From positions 192,001 through 256,000 of the forward strand of contig CAVPOM010000003.1 in the NCBI GenBank assembly GCA_963707025.1: a stretch of DNA of 64,000 nucleotides, written 5' to 3'. The notes under the pieces are model-generated. The model made no database searches. It saw only the letters and a list, made by a program, of their open reading frames with translations, and was not told the origin of the DNA. Positions within the stretch are counted from its first letter, which is position 1, and the number at the start of each line of letters is the position of its first letter. This DNA is from an uncultured Verrucomicrobiae bacterium (GTDB lineage: Bacteria > Verrucomicrobiota > Verrucomicrobiia > Limisphaerales > Palsa-1400). Position numbers and translations under genes: made by a program. Positions 1 to 8,776 of the stretch are shown one piece after another.

Positions 1-777
1 TTTGAGCGCCAGCGAGGCGTCGTGTTCGAACCAGGCGTGGTCCAGCCCCTTCGCGTCCGGTTCCGCCGCGCCGGCAAAGTGCCACTGGCCGTCCCACACC
101 TCCACCCAGGCATGGTTGCCGCGATTGTCCGCCCACATCGGGATTCCCGCCACTCGCGCCGGCACCCCCACCGACCGGCAGGCATCCACCAGCAAAATGG
201 ACAACCCGCTGCACGTCGCCAATCCCGTGCTCATCGTTTCCGACGGACTTTGAATCGCCTTGCGCCGCGCCGTCGAGTATTTGACATGGACCAGCGGGAA
301 AAGTTTTTTGTTCAGCAGTTTGGCCGCTTCGCCCGGCGACGCCGCGCCGGCCGCCAGCGGAGCGGATTTCTCCCGCAGCGTCGCGCCCCACGCCTCGCGC
401 GTCTCGCTCAGGCAGGCGTAAGGCAGAACGTCGTTGAGAAAGATATCCCTGGGCACGCGGTCGTGCCACGGCGCTTTGGCAAAAGCGTCATAGATCAGCG
501 CCACATGATCCAGCAGAAACCGCGCCGATAAACTCCGCAAATCGGCCGGCGGCATGTTTTCCACCAGGAACTGCATTCCGTCGCGCTGGGCCTCCGGCGT
601 TTGTGCCAGCGCACCGGCTAGTTCCGGGCGGTTGGTCCCCGCCTGGTTCAGCGCCTGTTCGGCGGCTTCCGACCACCAGCCCGCGCCCGCTCCGGGCGGC
701 GCGGCCTGCGCGATGGCGGAGAGCAACAGCAGCGAAACGCCCGCCAGCATTCCCCGCCAACAACCCTTCCGCCGCAT
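1..777 (-). CDS. Secreted transglutaminase-like domain protein (runs off the window edge; absent from the ORF track)
   Basis: Manual translation from ATG 777: signal peptide MRRKGCWRGMLAGVSLLLLSAIAQA, then IFLNDVLPYA, ATCSGLSILLVDACRSVGVPARVAG and GNHAWVEVWDGQWH (transglutaminase Cys/His motifs). Confidence 0.8.
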   Translation of the reverse strand, partial: MRRKGCWRGMLAGVSLLLLSAIAQAAPPGAGAGWWSEAAEQALNQAGTNRPELAGALAQTPEAQRDGMQFLVENMPPADLRSLSARFLLDHVALIYDAFAKAPWHDRVPRDIFLNDVLPYACLSETREAWGATLREKSAPLAAGAASPGEAAKLLNKKLFPLVHVKYSTARRKAIQSPSETMSTGLATCSGLSILLVDACRSVGVPARVAGIPMWADNRGNHAWVEVWDGQWHFAGAAEPDAKGLDHAWFEHDASLALK

Positions 778-1024
778 TTTCAAGCCGCTCCCGTTCCAAT
801 CCCTTTGCCTCTCCCCCTTTGCAGGAGAGGGCCGGGGTGCGGAGCCCCCGCATATTGTCGGTGGTGGAGACAAGGAATCGGCAAGCCGGATGAAGGTGGT
901 GTCGGGAGGCGTCCAACCGTTCCGGCCGTTGGAATCCAAACAGTTGCGATGGTGGCGCATTGCGGGAGCATACCCCGAGCCGCCGCAATTTCAAGCAGTT
1001 CCAAGTAGTGATTTAATTTCGTGG

Positions 1025-1077
1025 TTGTAGTGTCGGCGCTGTGCGCCGAAGTCGAGCCGCAGGCTCGACTCTACACC
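1025..1077. repeat. GTAG-type REP-like double hairpin
   Basis: tgtagtgtcggcgctgtgcgccgaagtcgagccgcaggctcgactctacacc; an inverted homolog lies at 44302-44355. Confidence 0.65.
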
Positions 1078-1079
1078 AG

Positions 1080-1360
1080 CCGGCCGCTCCGCCTATGACA
1101 AATTCATGCTGCGCTTCCACGATTATCTGAAGGAGAACAGCGACTTCCAGCGCGACTGCCCCAAAATCCACCTCCACTTCCCGCCCAGGGCCACCTGGAT
1201 GTGCTACACTGATTTCGCGCCGCATGCCGTGTTGTCCGGCCAGTACACGCTGGAACAAACTTTCATCATCCCTGTCCGCGCCCTGGTCACGCCGGAAAGA
1301 TCGCCCATCCGCATCCTAGAAAAAATGGCGGGCCGCCCGCTGGCGGGCATGGCGTCGTGA
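1080..1360 (+). pseudogene. C-terminal remnant of a Kdo hydroxylase (KdoO-like) protein
   Basis: GRSAYDKFMLRFHDYLKENSDFQ...FPP..TW.CYTD..PHAVLSGQYTLEQTF resembles the family C-terminus; no N-terminus upstream. Confidence 0.6.
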
Positions 1361-1469
1361 CGCAGGTGAGGGGTCAGTCCGGAATGGCGCTTATCCGTGC
1401 CATCTCCCGATGCCATCGGGATGGTTCAGGTTCTTTGGTTGGGGCTGTGCCGCGCTGTGACTTGGCGAT

Positions 1470-1738
1470 GAAAGGTCTTTTTTATCCGTGGAATCCGCGA
1501 AGCCCGTGGTTCAATTCCGCTGGGTTGAGTTTGCCTTTCTTGGCCTCTTGCCGTTCACTATGGGGCGGCAACTGTATCCAAGCACCTAATGATTAAGACC
1601 TTGCAAAAATCCGCATTTTCCCGTTGACAATCCGTTCTTAAATGCTATTCTTTGCTGAGTTATGATGGCGGTCTCTATGGAGTGCGGGAGCTTGCTCCCG
1701 CTTTTGCGCCGGGAACGATTTCCGTCCTCCGTAACTCT
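1470..1738 (+). repeat. ~270-bp intergenic direct repeat, copy 1 (carries a sigma70-like promoter and a GGAGTGCG palindrome)
   Basis: Aligns by eye with 3461-3740; TTGACA-16-TATTCT at 1624; ggagtgcgggagcttgctcccgctttt. Confidence 0.85.
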
Positions 1739-1777
1739 AGCGAAGAGGAAGGCCCGGCGCGGCGGCTGTGCCGGCAA

Positions 1778-1831
1778 TGTCACCGGCCAGTAGAAAACCG
1801 GCCACCTGTGGGCACTTCAAAACCGGCCACT
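1778..1831 (-). mobile_element. Orphan IS21-family terminal repeat
   Basis: TGTCACCGGCCA..AAAACCGGCCAC..AAAACCGGCCAC: TGT terminus with tandem internal repeats typical of IS21 ends; no istA/istB nearby. Confidence 0.55.
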
Positions 1832-1988
1832 CCGAGGTGCTTAATTCGTATCAGGTTCCTTGACGCCAGCAAGCGTATTTCAGATTTTCATGTGTTATTA
1901 TCGGGTTAAACGAGAGTCAAAAAGGGAGACCATCCCTCCCGCCGGCATGGCCCCAAGTCCGCATTCCCAAAAAAGGCAAAAATAACCG

Positions 1989-2034
1989 TTGACAATATAC
2001 TGGTCGGCATATAGTGTATGCCACATGCTATATG
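1989..2034 (+). promoter_or_regulatory. sigma70 promoter with overlapping palindrome (putative PadR operator)
   Basis: TTGACA-17-TAGTGT; inverted repeat CATATAG..N13..CTATATG (2008-2034). Confidence 0.55.
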
Positions 2035-2373
2035 ACAAACAGCACTGAAATGAATGACGGCCTCTACGAGCAGCTCCGCCTCGAGTTGCGCCGGGGCTGC
2101 CTGAGCATGGCGGTGCTCGGCCAGCTCCGCACGGAGCAGTATGGCTACACCCTGCGCCAAAGGCTCGCCGCCCTCGGTCTGGCCATTGACGAAGGCACGC
2201 TCTATCCATTGCTCCGCCGACTGGAAGCCCAGGGACTCCTGGTCAGCGAGTGGCGCGAGGAGGACAAACGCAACAAACGTTTCTACCGTCTCTCGCCCGA
2301 CGGCAAACACATCCTCAAACAACTGCTCGCCGAGTGGGAGAGCATGAACAAAGTACTGAAGCAAATCCTTTAG
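2032..2373 (+). CDS. PadR family transcriptional regulator
   Basis: ELRRGCL..EQYGYTL..IDEGTLYPLLRRLE..GLL.SEW..KRFYRLS; the start could be 2032 or 2050. Confidence 0.9.
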   Translation: MTNSTEMNDGLYEQLRLELRRGCLSMAVLGQLRTEQYGYTLRQRLAALGLAIDEGTLYPLLRRLEAQGLLVSEWREEDKRNKRFYRLSPDGKHILKQLLAEWESMNKVLKQIL

Positions 2374-2384
2374 AAAGGCTCACT

Positions 2385-3392
2385 ATGGAACTCATCGATC
2401 GTTATTTGCAGGCCGTTAAATTCTGGCTGCCCAAGGCGCAGCGGGACGACATCATCGCAGAACTGTCCGAAGACATCCACTCTCAAATCGAGGACAAGGA
2501 AGCCGAACTTGGCCGCAAGGCGGACGACGGCGACGTTGGGGCCATCCTCAAGCAATGCGGGCACCCTCTGCTCGTCGCCCAACGCTACTCGCCGCAAGAG
2601 TATTTGATTGGCCCGTCCATGTTCCCGATTTACAGCTTTGTGCTGAAGATGGTCGGGCTCGTCTATGTTCTCCCCTGGCTCCTGGTCTGGCTGGGATACG
2701 TCATCTTCAGCCCCGCCTATCGCACTCAAAATCCGATTCATAATTTATGGCCGTTGTGGCAGGGCGTCGTTGCTTTGGTCTTCGCCATCACCCTGGGCTT
2801 CGCGTTCCTCGAGAGGTTCATGGCTAAAACTTGGGCGCAGAAAGATTGGGACCCCCGCAAGCTGCCGTCGGTGCGGGATTCCAACCAAATCCCCCGCTCT
2901 TCCTCCATCTTTGATCTGACCATAGGCATTGCTTTTATCGTTTGGTGGGCGACCCATCTGCGGTTTCGGACCGTCTTTGAGTTCTCTGGCGCAACGATTA
3001 CACTTGCGCCCATGTGGCGATTTTTCCTGTGCGGCCTTCTCTTGGTGTCAGCGGTCACTGTCGCGCTGTCGGGTGTAAATCTGATCCGGCGCTGTTGGAC
3101 ACGGTTCACGGCCTGCATCCGCCTGGCAATCGATTGCGGCGGATCGACGCTGTTCTGCTGGTTGCTCAAGACTGCCATCCTGGTGGAAATCACGGCTCCG
3201 AATGTTCCGCCAGAAAAAACACTTGCTGCCACCAATGCGATTAACTTGTGTGCTTCCAGAATATTCCCGGCCGCTGTCGTGGTCTGCCTGGTGATCGTTC
3301 TTGTGGATCTTCGCCGGATAATCCGGGTGAAGACGACAGTTACCAAGCTGGCCCCACGCGTGGCTGCGGCCAGAACCGGTAGCGAGCCTTAA
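2385..3392 (+). CDS. PadR-associated multi-pass membrane protein
   Basis: MELIDRYLQAV..LP..QRDDIIAEL N-terminus, G.P..VA.RY..YLIGP, several TM segments; 11 nt downstream of padR. Confidence 0.8.
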   Translation: MELIDRYLQAVKFWLPKAQRDDIIAELSEDIHSQIEDKEAELGRKADDGDVGAILKQCGHPLLVAQRYSPQEYLIGPSMFPIYSFVLKMVGLVYVLPWLLVWLGYVIFSPAYRTQNPIHNLWPLWQGVVALVFAITLGFAFLERFMAKTWAQKDWDPRKLPSVRDSNQIPRSSSIFDLTIGIAFIVWWATHLRFRTVFEFSGATITLAPMWRFFLCGLLLVSAVTVALSGVNLIRRCWTRFTACIRLAIDCGGSTLFCWLLKTAILVEITAPNVPPEKTLAATNAINLCASRIFPAAVVVCLVIVLVDLRRIIRVKTTVTKLAPRVAAARTGSEP

Positions 3393-3460
3393 ATCCTTCC
3401 CTATGATTGTGGCCCGGATGATTTTGCCTTCGAGGTGGCAGGGATGGCGACTTTCCGATG

Positions 3461-3740
3461 GAAGGTCTTTTTTATCCGTGGAATCCGCGAAAGCCGTGGT
3501 TCGATTCCTCTGGTTTGAGTTTGCCTTTTTTGGCGTCTTGCCGTTCACTATGGGGCGATAAATGTATCCAAGTAACTAATGATTAAGGCCTTGCAAAAAT
3601 CCGCATTTTCCCGTTGACAACCCGTTCTTAAATGCTATTCTTTGCTGAGTTATGAGGGCGGTCCATATGGAGTGCGGGAGCTTGCTCCCGCTTTTGCGCC
3701 GGGAACGATTCCCGTCCGCCATCCTGTCCTCCGTAACTCT
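3461..3740 (+). repeat. ~270-bp intergenic direct repeat, copy 2
   Basis: Homologous to 1470-1738. Confidence 0.85.
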
Positions 3741-3972
3741 ATTGAGGAAGGCCCTGCGAAGGAGGAAGCTCCAGTGACGGCAGAACGCCCGGCCAAGGCG
3801 GAAGGCTGGCGAAGGAGGCGCCACCAGAAAATTTCACCTGGTTTCAGTTCCCGACCCCAGGGGGGGGGCATGCGCCCAAACAGCATTTCCCGCGAAAATC
3901 GTCAAAATCCCCCCGAAAGCAGTTCCGGCTTCGCGCCCATTGACGTCAATTCGCGGATCAAAACCACCCCAG

Positions 3973-4068
3973 CACTCCATCACTCCAGCACTCCAACACT
4001 CCAGCACTCCAGCACTCCAATACTCCAGCACTCCAATACTCCAATACTCCACCACTCCACCACTCCAT
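3973..4068 (+). repeat. Octamer tandem repeat (YACTCCAN x12)
   Basis: cactccat/cactccag/cactccaa/tactccaa units; a degenerate relative lies at ~60543-60577. Confidence 0.9.
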
Positions 4069-4157
4069 TCTGCCGCGTCACGAGCGAGGTCAAGCCAGGC
4101 TCACCTGAAAATGTTCTCGGCAACCGGGCATCCTTGCGCTACCATGCGCCTCGCATC

Positions 4158-5531
4158 ATGAAGACTTGGGTCATGGCATTGTGTTGCTGGCTCGCCCTTG
4201 GCCGGGCTGAGGCCCAGCAGATGGCGGAGATCGCCACGGCCCGCAGCGCCTCCGGGCAGTTCGTGGCTTTGGCCCCGCGCAGGCCGGGCTTGCCGGTGGC
4301 CATTCCGCAACCGTCCGGTCTTCCGGGCCTGTTCATCCTCAATCCCACCCCGGCGTCGAACTCCGGTTCCGAGCTGCCCTTGGACCCGTCCTTGCTGGTC
4401 ATTACTTGCGAGAAGATCAAGCAATCGCTCCTGATGACATTGGGCCAGGGCGACCGATGGCGGGGCGCCATCACCCTGCGCATCAACCCCGCCCTGCCGG
4501 CGGATCAAAGACCGGTCCTGGAAGGGGTCTATAGTCCGCGCGGCTGGAACTATCAATTGACGCTCCCGTCGCCCATCGCACCCAAGCTGCTCCTGCGCGC
4601 CATAGTCAATGCCCTGCTCATGGAAACCGCCAACCGCCACGCCGGCTCCCAATCCGCCGAAGTTCCCCTCTGGCTCGTGGCCGGGCTGAGCGCCCATTTG
4701 CAGGCAGACAATCCTGCCAGCTTGCTTCTCCGGCCCCAGTCCCGGCTGAACACAAACCAAGTCACGACCAACGGATTTGATCCCTTCCTGGACCAACTGC
4801 GCCACCAGCCGCCGCTGACCTTCCAGCAACTCTGCTGGCCGGAGGCGGGAAGTTTGGCCGGGCGCAATGACGACCTCTATTCGGCGTCCGCGCAATTTTT
4901 CCTGGAAGAACTGCTCCGTTTCAAGGATGGCAATCGCTGCCTTGGCGCGATGATTGACAAACTCCCCCAACATCTGAACTGGCAGATCTCCTTTCTCGAG
5001 GCCTTCTCCCCCCATTTCGACCGCCTGCTCGATGTGGAAAAATGGTGGGGGCTGGCCTGCGTCAATTTCACCGGCCTTGATTTTGCCTCCCGTTTCAGCC
5101 CGCCCGACAGTTGGCGCAAACTCCAGCAAGCCCTGGATGTCCCGGTGGAAGTGCATCTCCGCCCCGACCGCCTCCCGGCCCAGGCGGAAATCACTTTGCA
5201 GGAAGTCATTGCCACTTGGGAACCGGCCCAGGCCGCGGCCGCTTTGCAGCGCGCCGCCGAAAGCCTGATTCTGTTGCGCCAGCAGATCGTTCCTGATTTG
5301 CAGCCCTTGCTGGACCGCTATCTTTCCACCCTGCAAAGCTATCTGAGCGACACCCGCCCCGACCGCCCGGCCTGGCTGGCCAAAAACCACGAGACGCAAC
5401 TGGCCGCCGTGCGCTACGCCGCCTGCAGTGAACTCAACAAACTGGATGCGCAACGGGCTGCCTTGCGCTCCCAATACGTCTCCCAGCCCGGCCAGGCCCA
5501 ATTCCGCGCCGGCGCCGATTCACCTCAATGA
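4158..5531 (+). CDS. Hypothetical secreted protein
   Basis: Signal peptide MKTWVMALCCWLALGRAEAQ; the upstream in-frame extension runs through repeats and is probably spurious. Confidence 0.7.
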   Translation: MKTWVMALCCWLALGRAEAQQMAEIATARSASGQFVALAPRRPGLPVAIPQPSGLPGLFILNPTPASNSGSELPLDPSLLVITCEKIKQSLLMTLGQGDRWRGAITLRINPALPADQRPVLEGVYSPRGWNYQLTLPSPIAPKLLLRAIVNALLMETANRHAGSQSAEVPLWLVAGLSAHLQADNPASLLLRPQSRLNTNQVTTNGFDPFLDQLRHQPPLTFQQLCWPEAGSLAGRNDDLYSASAQFFLEELLRFKDGNRCLGAMIDKLPQHLNWQISFLEAFSPHFDRLLDVEKWWGLACVNFTGLDFASRFSPPDSWRKLQQALDVPVEVHLRPDRLPAQAEITLQEVIATWEPAQAAAALQRAAESLILLRQQIVPDLQPLLDRYLSTLQSYLSDTRPDRPAWLAKNHETQLAAVRYAACSELNKLDAQRAALRSQYVSQPGQAQFRAGADSPQ

Positions 5532-5540
5532 ACCCACGCG

Positions 5541-6614
5541 ATGAATAAACCCGTCCCCAGGCTTTTTGCCGCGCTCTTGACCCTCGCCGCCGTCTCCGCG
5601 CCGGCCGCCGCCACGCTGGACATCTATTGGATTGATGTGGAAGGCGGCGCCAGCACCTTGATCGTCACCCCCGCCCATCAATCCATTCTGGTGGATACCG
5701 GCTGGCCGGCCAGCACGCCGGGGCAGGAGGGCAAAAGCGCCGCGCGCATCCACGACGCCGCGGTGGCCGCGGGCCTGAGCAAGATTGATTTCCTGATTCT
5801 CACTCATTTCCACATTGATCATTTTGGCGGCGCGGCGGACCTGGCCAAACTGATGCCGATTGGAGAAGTGCTGGACAATGGCATTCCCGGCCACGATTCC
5901 GACGGTGTGACCAACAACGACCAGCGGTTTGCCAGGAGCATCCAGCCGTATCGGGATTTCCAGGCCGACAGCCGGCAGGTCATCCAGCCCGGGCAGGCGC
6001 TTCCGCTCAAACAATCCGGCGACAGCGCGCCTCTCACCTTTTCCTGTCTGGGTGCGCGCCAGCAATTCATTGCTCCCTCCGGCACGACCACCAATGTTGT
6101 CTGCACCGAATCCGTCCCCCATGCCACCGACACCAGCGACAATAAGAACAGCGTCGTCATGCTCCTGAAACTCGGCCCCTTCCGCTTCTTCGACGGCGGC
6201 GACCTGACCTGGAACACCGAAGCCAAACTGGTTTGCCCCTGCAACATCCCCGGCCCGGTGGATCTTTACCAGGCCGATCATCACGGCCTGAACCTCAGCA
6301 ACAACCCCCTGCTCGTCAAGAGCCTGGCCCCGACCGTCGCTATAATTGACAACGGCCCGCACAAGGGGGGCATGCCCCAAACACTGGCCACCTTGCGCGA
6401 CGTTCCCTCCATCCAGGCCATCTATCAACTCCATCGCAACGTCTTGGGCGGCACCAACTTCAACACCGGCACCCCGTTCATCGCCAACCTTCCCCAGGAA
6501 TGCGAAGGCAACTGCATCAAATGCTCGGTGGAGCCTTCCGGCAAGTCCTACACCATCACCATTCCCGCGACCGGCCTTACCAAAACCTACGCCACCGTCT
6601 TAAACCGGCCCTAG
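5541..6614 (+). CDS. Secreted MBL-fold metallo-hydrolase (ComEC/Rec2-like)
   Basis: Signal peptide, DVEGG..TLIV, THFHIDHFGG, GGDL, HHG. Confidence 0.85.
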   Translation: MNKPVPRLFAALLTLAAVSAPAAATLDIYWIDVEGGASTLIVTPAHQSILVDTGWPASTPGQEGKSAARIHDAAVAAGLSKIDFLILTHFHIDHFGGAADLAKLMPIGEVLDNGIPGHDSDGVTNNDQRFARSIQPYRDFQADSRQVIQPGQALPLKQSGDSAPLTFSCLGARQQFIAPSGTTTNVVCTESVPHATDTSDNKNSVVMLLKLGPFRFFDGGDLTWNTEAKLVCPCNIPGPVDLYQADHHGLNLSNNPLLVKSLAPTVAIIDNGPHKGGMPQTLATLRDVPSIQAIYQLHRNVLGGTNFNTGTPFIANLPQECEGNCIKCSVEPSGKSYTITIPATGLTKTYATVLNRP

Positions 6615-6694
6615 CTGGCTCCCTCCACCAACATCAAGCAAAATGGACCTAATAAAGGTGGCTGGATTGCGGCGAGGAAAAGGATTCCCTTTTT

Positions 6695-6719
6695 ATTTTT
6701 CTGACCCCATCTTTCTGAC
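6695..6719. repeat. Left inverted repeat flanking the GxxExxY gene
   Basis: Reverse complement matches 7533-7557 at 23/25. Confidence 0.8.
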
Positions 6720-6725
6720 TTAACC

Positions 6726-7526
6726 GTGCCCATTTCAAGCCATATTTCTTTGAATCCAATGGATCAGGAGGACTTCGCGCGGCTGGATTATCAAGTCATG
6801 CGCCATGCCTTCGAATCTCAGAATCAGTTGGGCCGGCTTTGCAACGAGGTCATTTACCAGAATGACTTGGCGGCCCGTCTTGAGGAGGCGGGACTGCCGG
6901 CGCTCAAAGAAGTCCCGGTGACCGTGACGCACCGCGACTTCACCAAGGTCTATTCGCTGGATTTGGTGGTCGCCAACGCGGGCATTTATGAGCTTAAGAC
7001 GGCCACGGCCTTGGCGGGAGCGCATGAAGCGCAGTTGCTCAATTACCTTTTTCTATGCGGCTCGCGTCATGGCAAACTCATCAATTTTCGCCCGGCGCAC
7101 GTCGAGTCGCGATTTCTCAACGCGACGCTCAGCCAAACGGATCGGCGCCAATTTGCCGTAGAGGCGGATGGCTGGGTGGAGAGGGACCCGGCCGACCAAG
7201 CCTTTCGCGAGGGTCTCCTGGGCTTGTTGCAAGACTGGGGCTGCTGGCTGGATTTGGATCTCTACACAGAAGCGCTTATCCATTTTGCCGGGGGCGAAGG
7301 CCGGGTGGCGCAACTGTTGCCATTGACCCGGGGCCACGGTTTCTTAGGAAAGCATCGCTTCCACTTGCTCAGCCCGGAGACGGCGTTTCGACTGACAGGG
7401 CTGACGGACAGCACAGAGGATTATGAGCGCCAACTGCGCTGCTTGCTCGGCCTCAGCCCGCTGCACACCATCCAGTGGGTGAACCTGGACCGCCAGCGGG
7501 TTCAATTGATTTCGCTGACCAAATAA
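6726..7526 (+). CDS. GxxExxY protein (PD-(D/E)XK-like)
   Basis: LGRLCNEVIY..L, LDLVV...IYELK, HEAQLLNYL...G.LINF. Confidence 0.8.
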   Translation: MPISSHISLNPMDQEDFARLDYQVMRHAFESQNQLGRLCNEVIYQNDLAARLEEAGLPALKEVPVTVTHRDFTKVYSLDLVVANAGIYELKTATALAGAHEAQLLNYLFLCGSRHGKLINFRPAHVESRFLNATLSQTDRRQFAVEADGWVERDPADQAFREGLLGLLQDWGCWLDLDLYTEALIHFAGGEGRVAQLLPLTRGHGFLGKHRFHLLSPETAFRLTGLTDSTEDYERQLRCLLGLSPLHTIQWVNLDRQRVQLISLTK

Positions 7527-7532
7527 GAAAAC

Positions 7533-7557
7533 GTCAGAAAAATGGGGCCAGAAAAAT
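7533..7557. repeat. Right inverted repeat flanking the GxxExxY gene
   Basis: gtcagaaaaatggggccagaaaaat. Confidence 0.8.
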
Positions 7558-7620
7558 GGCTTGAGATTAGGTTAACGCTTATGGCTCCAGATCCCCAATG
7601 ACGCCTCCGACGCAAACCGG

Positions 7621-7645
7621 ACCCGTCCCATTCGACGGGTTTTTT
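7621..7645 (+). terminator. Intrinsic terminator
   Basis: acccgtc-ccattc-gacgggt followed by a T run. Confidence 0.55.
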
Positions 7646-7717
7646 GAGTTGAGCCAAAAACCCGGCGCCTCTTTATGCTTGCCCCGGGGCGCCTGCGCCG
7701 GGCAGATTCCACGCCAC

Positions 7718-8766
7718 ATGAGAGCGGCGCTTCCGGCATTTCTGCTGCTGGCCACTTGGCAGGCCCGGCCTGGGCCGGGGTCAACCGCCTCGAACGCATC
7801 ACCGTCTCCGGCGCGGATTACGTGCGGGTGGGCGAATGGGCCGATGAGGCCGGGCTGGCCATGTTCTGGCGCAAAAACGAAGAGGCCATCGAACTGACCA
7901 ACCAATCCGCCAGCATCCGCATGGAAACCGACTCGCGCAACGCGCGCAAATCGCAGATTGGCGGCGTCACCGTCTGGCTCTCCCTGCCGGTCATCCAGCG
8001 CGGAGGCGTTCCTTGGATTTCGCTGGTGGATGTCCAGACCACCTTGCAGCCGGTCCTGTTTCCGCTGAAGTCCCGCGCCCGCGTGCAGACCATTTGCCTG
8101 GACCCCGGCCACGGCGGCAGCGACAAGGGCGAGGTCGCGGGCGAGAACTTTGAAAAGAAATATAATTTACTGCTTGCCCTGGCGGCGGAGAAGCTTCTGC
8201 AGGCGGAGGGTTTCAAGGTCGTCCTCACCCGCAGCAATGATGTTTTTGTGGATCTCCCGGAGCGCCCGGCCCGGGCCGCCAAGGCGGGCGCCGACTTGTT
8301 TGTCAGCCTGCATTACAACTCCGGTCCCCTTTCCCTCCACGGAGTCGAAGTCCACTGCCTGCCTCCGGCCGGCATGAAATCCAGCAACGCCGGCGGCGGG
8401 CGCGGCAGCGACCCGCCTTACCCGGGGAACGCCGCCGACGGGCACAACATTCTCCTGGCGTATCAAGTTCTCAAATCCATCACCAGCGCCCTGCCTGTGG
8501 AGGACATTGGAGTAAAGCGGGAGCATTACAAGGTGCTGAAAGAGGCCCGCATGCCCGCCATCCTGATTGAGGGCGGCTTCATGACCGACCCGCAGGACGC
8601 AAAAAGAATATACGACACCGAATTCCGCCAGCGCATGGCCCGGAGCATTGTCAATGGAATTCTGGCCTACAAGAAAGCCGTGGAGGAGAGCGTTCCGGCG
8701 GCCGTTCCCGGGAGTTTGCAAGTCAAATTGCCGGGTCGTGCGTCCCCGGCGCCGGGCCGCGATTAA
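7718..8766 (+). CDS. N-acetylmuramoyl-L-alanine amidase (Amidase_3); 1-nt frameshift at ~7755 in the signal peptide
   Basis: CLDPGHGG.D.G, EK..NL, FVSLHYN, PAILIEGGF; MRAALPAFLLLAT joins LAGPAWAG if one T is restored. Confidence 0.85.
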
Positions 8767-8776
8767 GATAAATCTG

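Noticed and set aside
1470..3740. Integron cassette with attC sites
   Set aside because: No GTTRRRY/RYYYAAC-bounded hairpin and no intI gene
3973..4068. CRISPR array
   Set aside because: Contiguous 8-bp units with no spacers and no cas genes
3642..4157. N-terminal extension of the 629-aa ORF with HSSTP repeats
   Set aside because: It reads through intergenic repeats; the signal peptide starts at 4158
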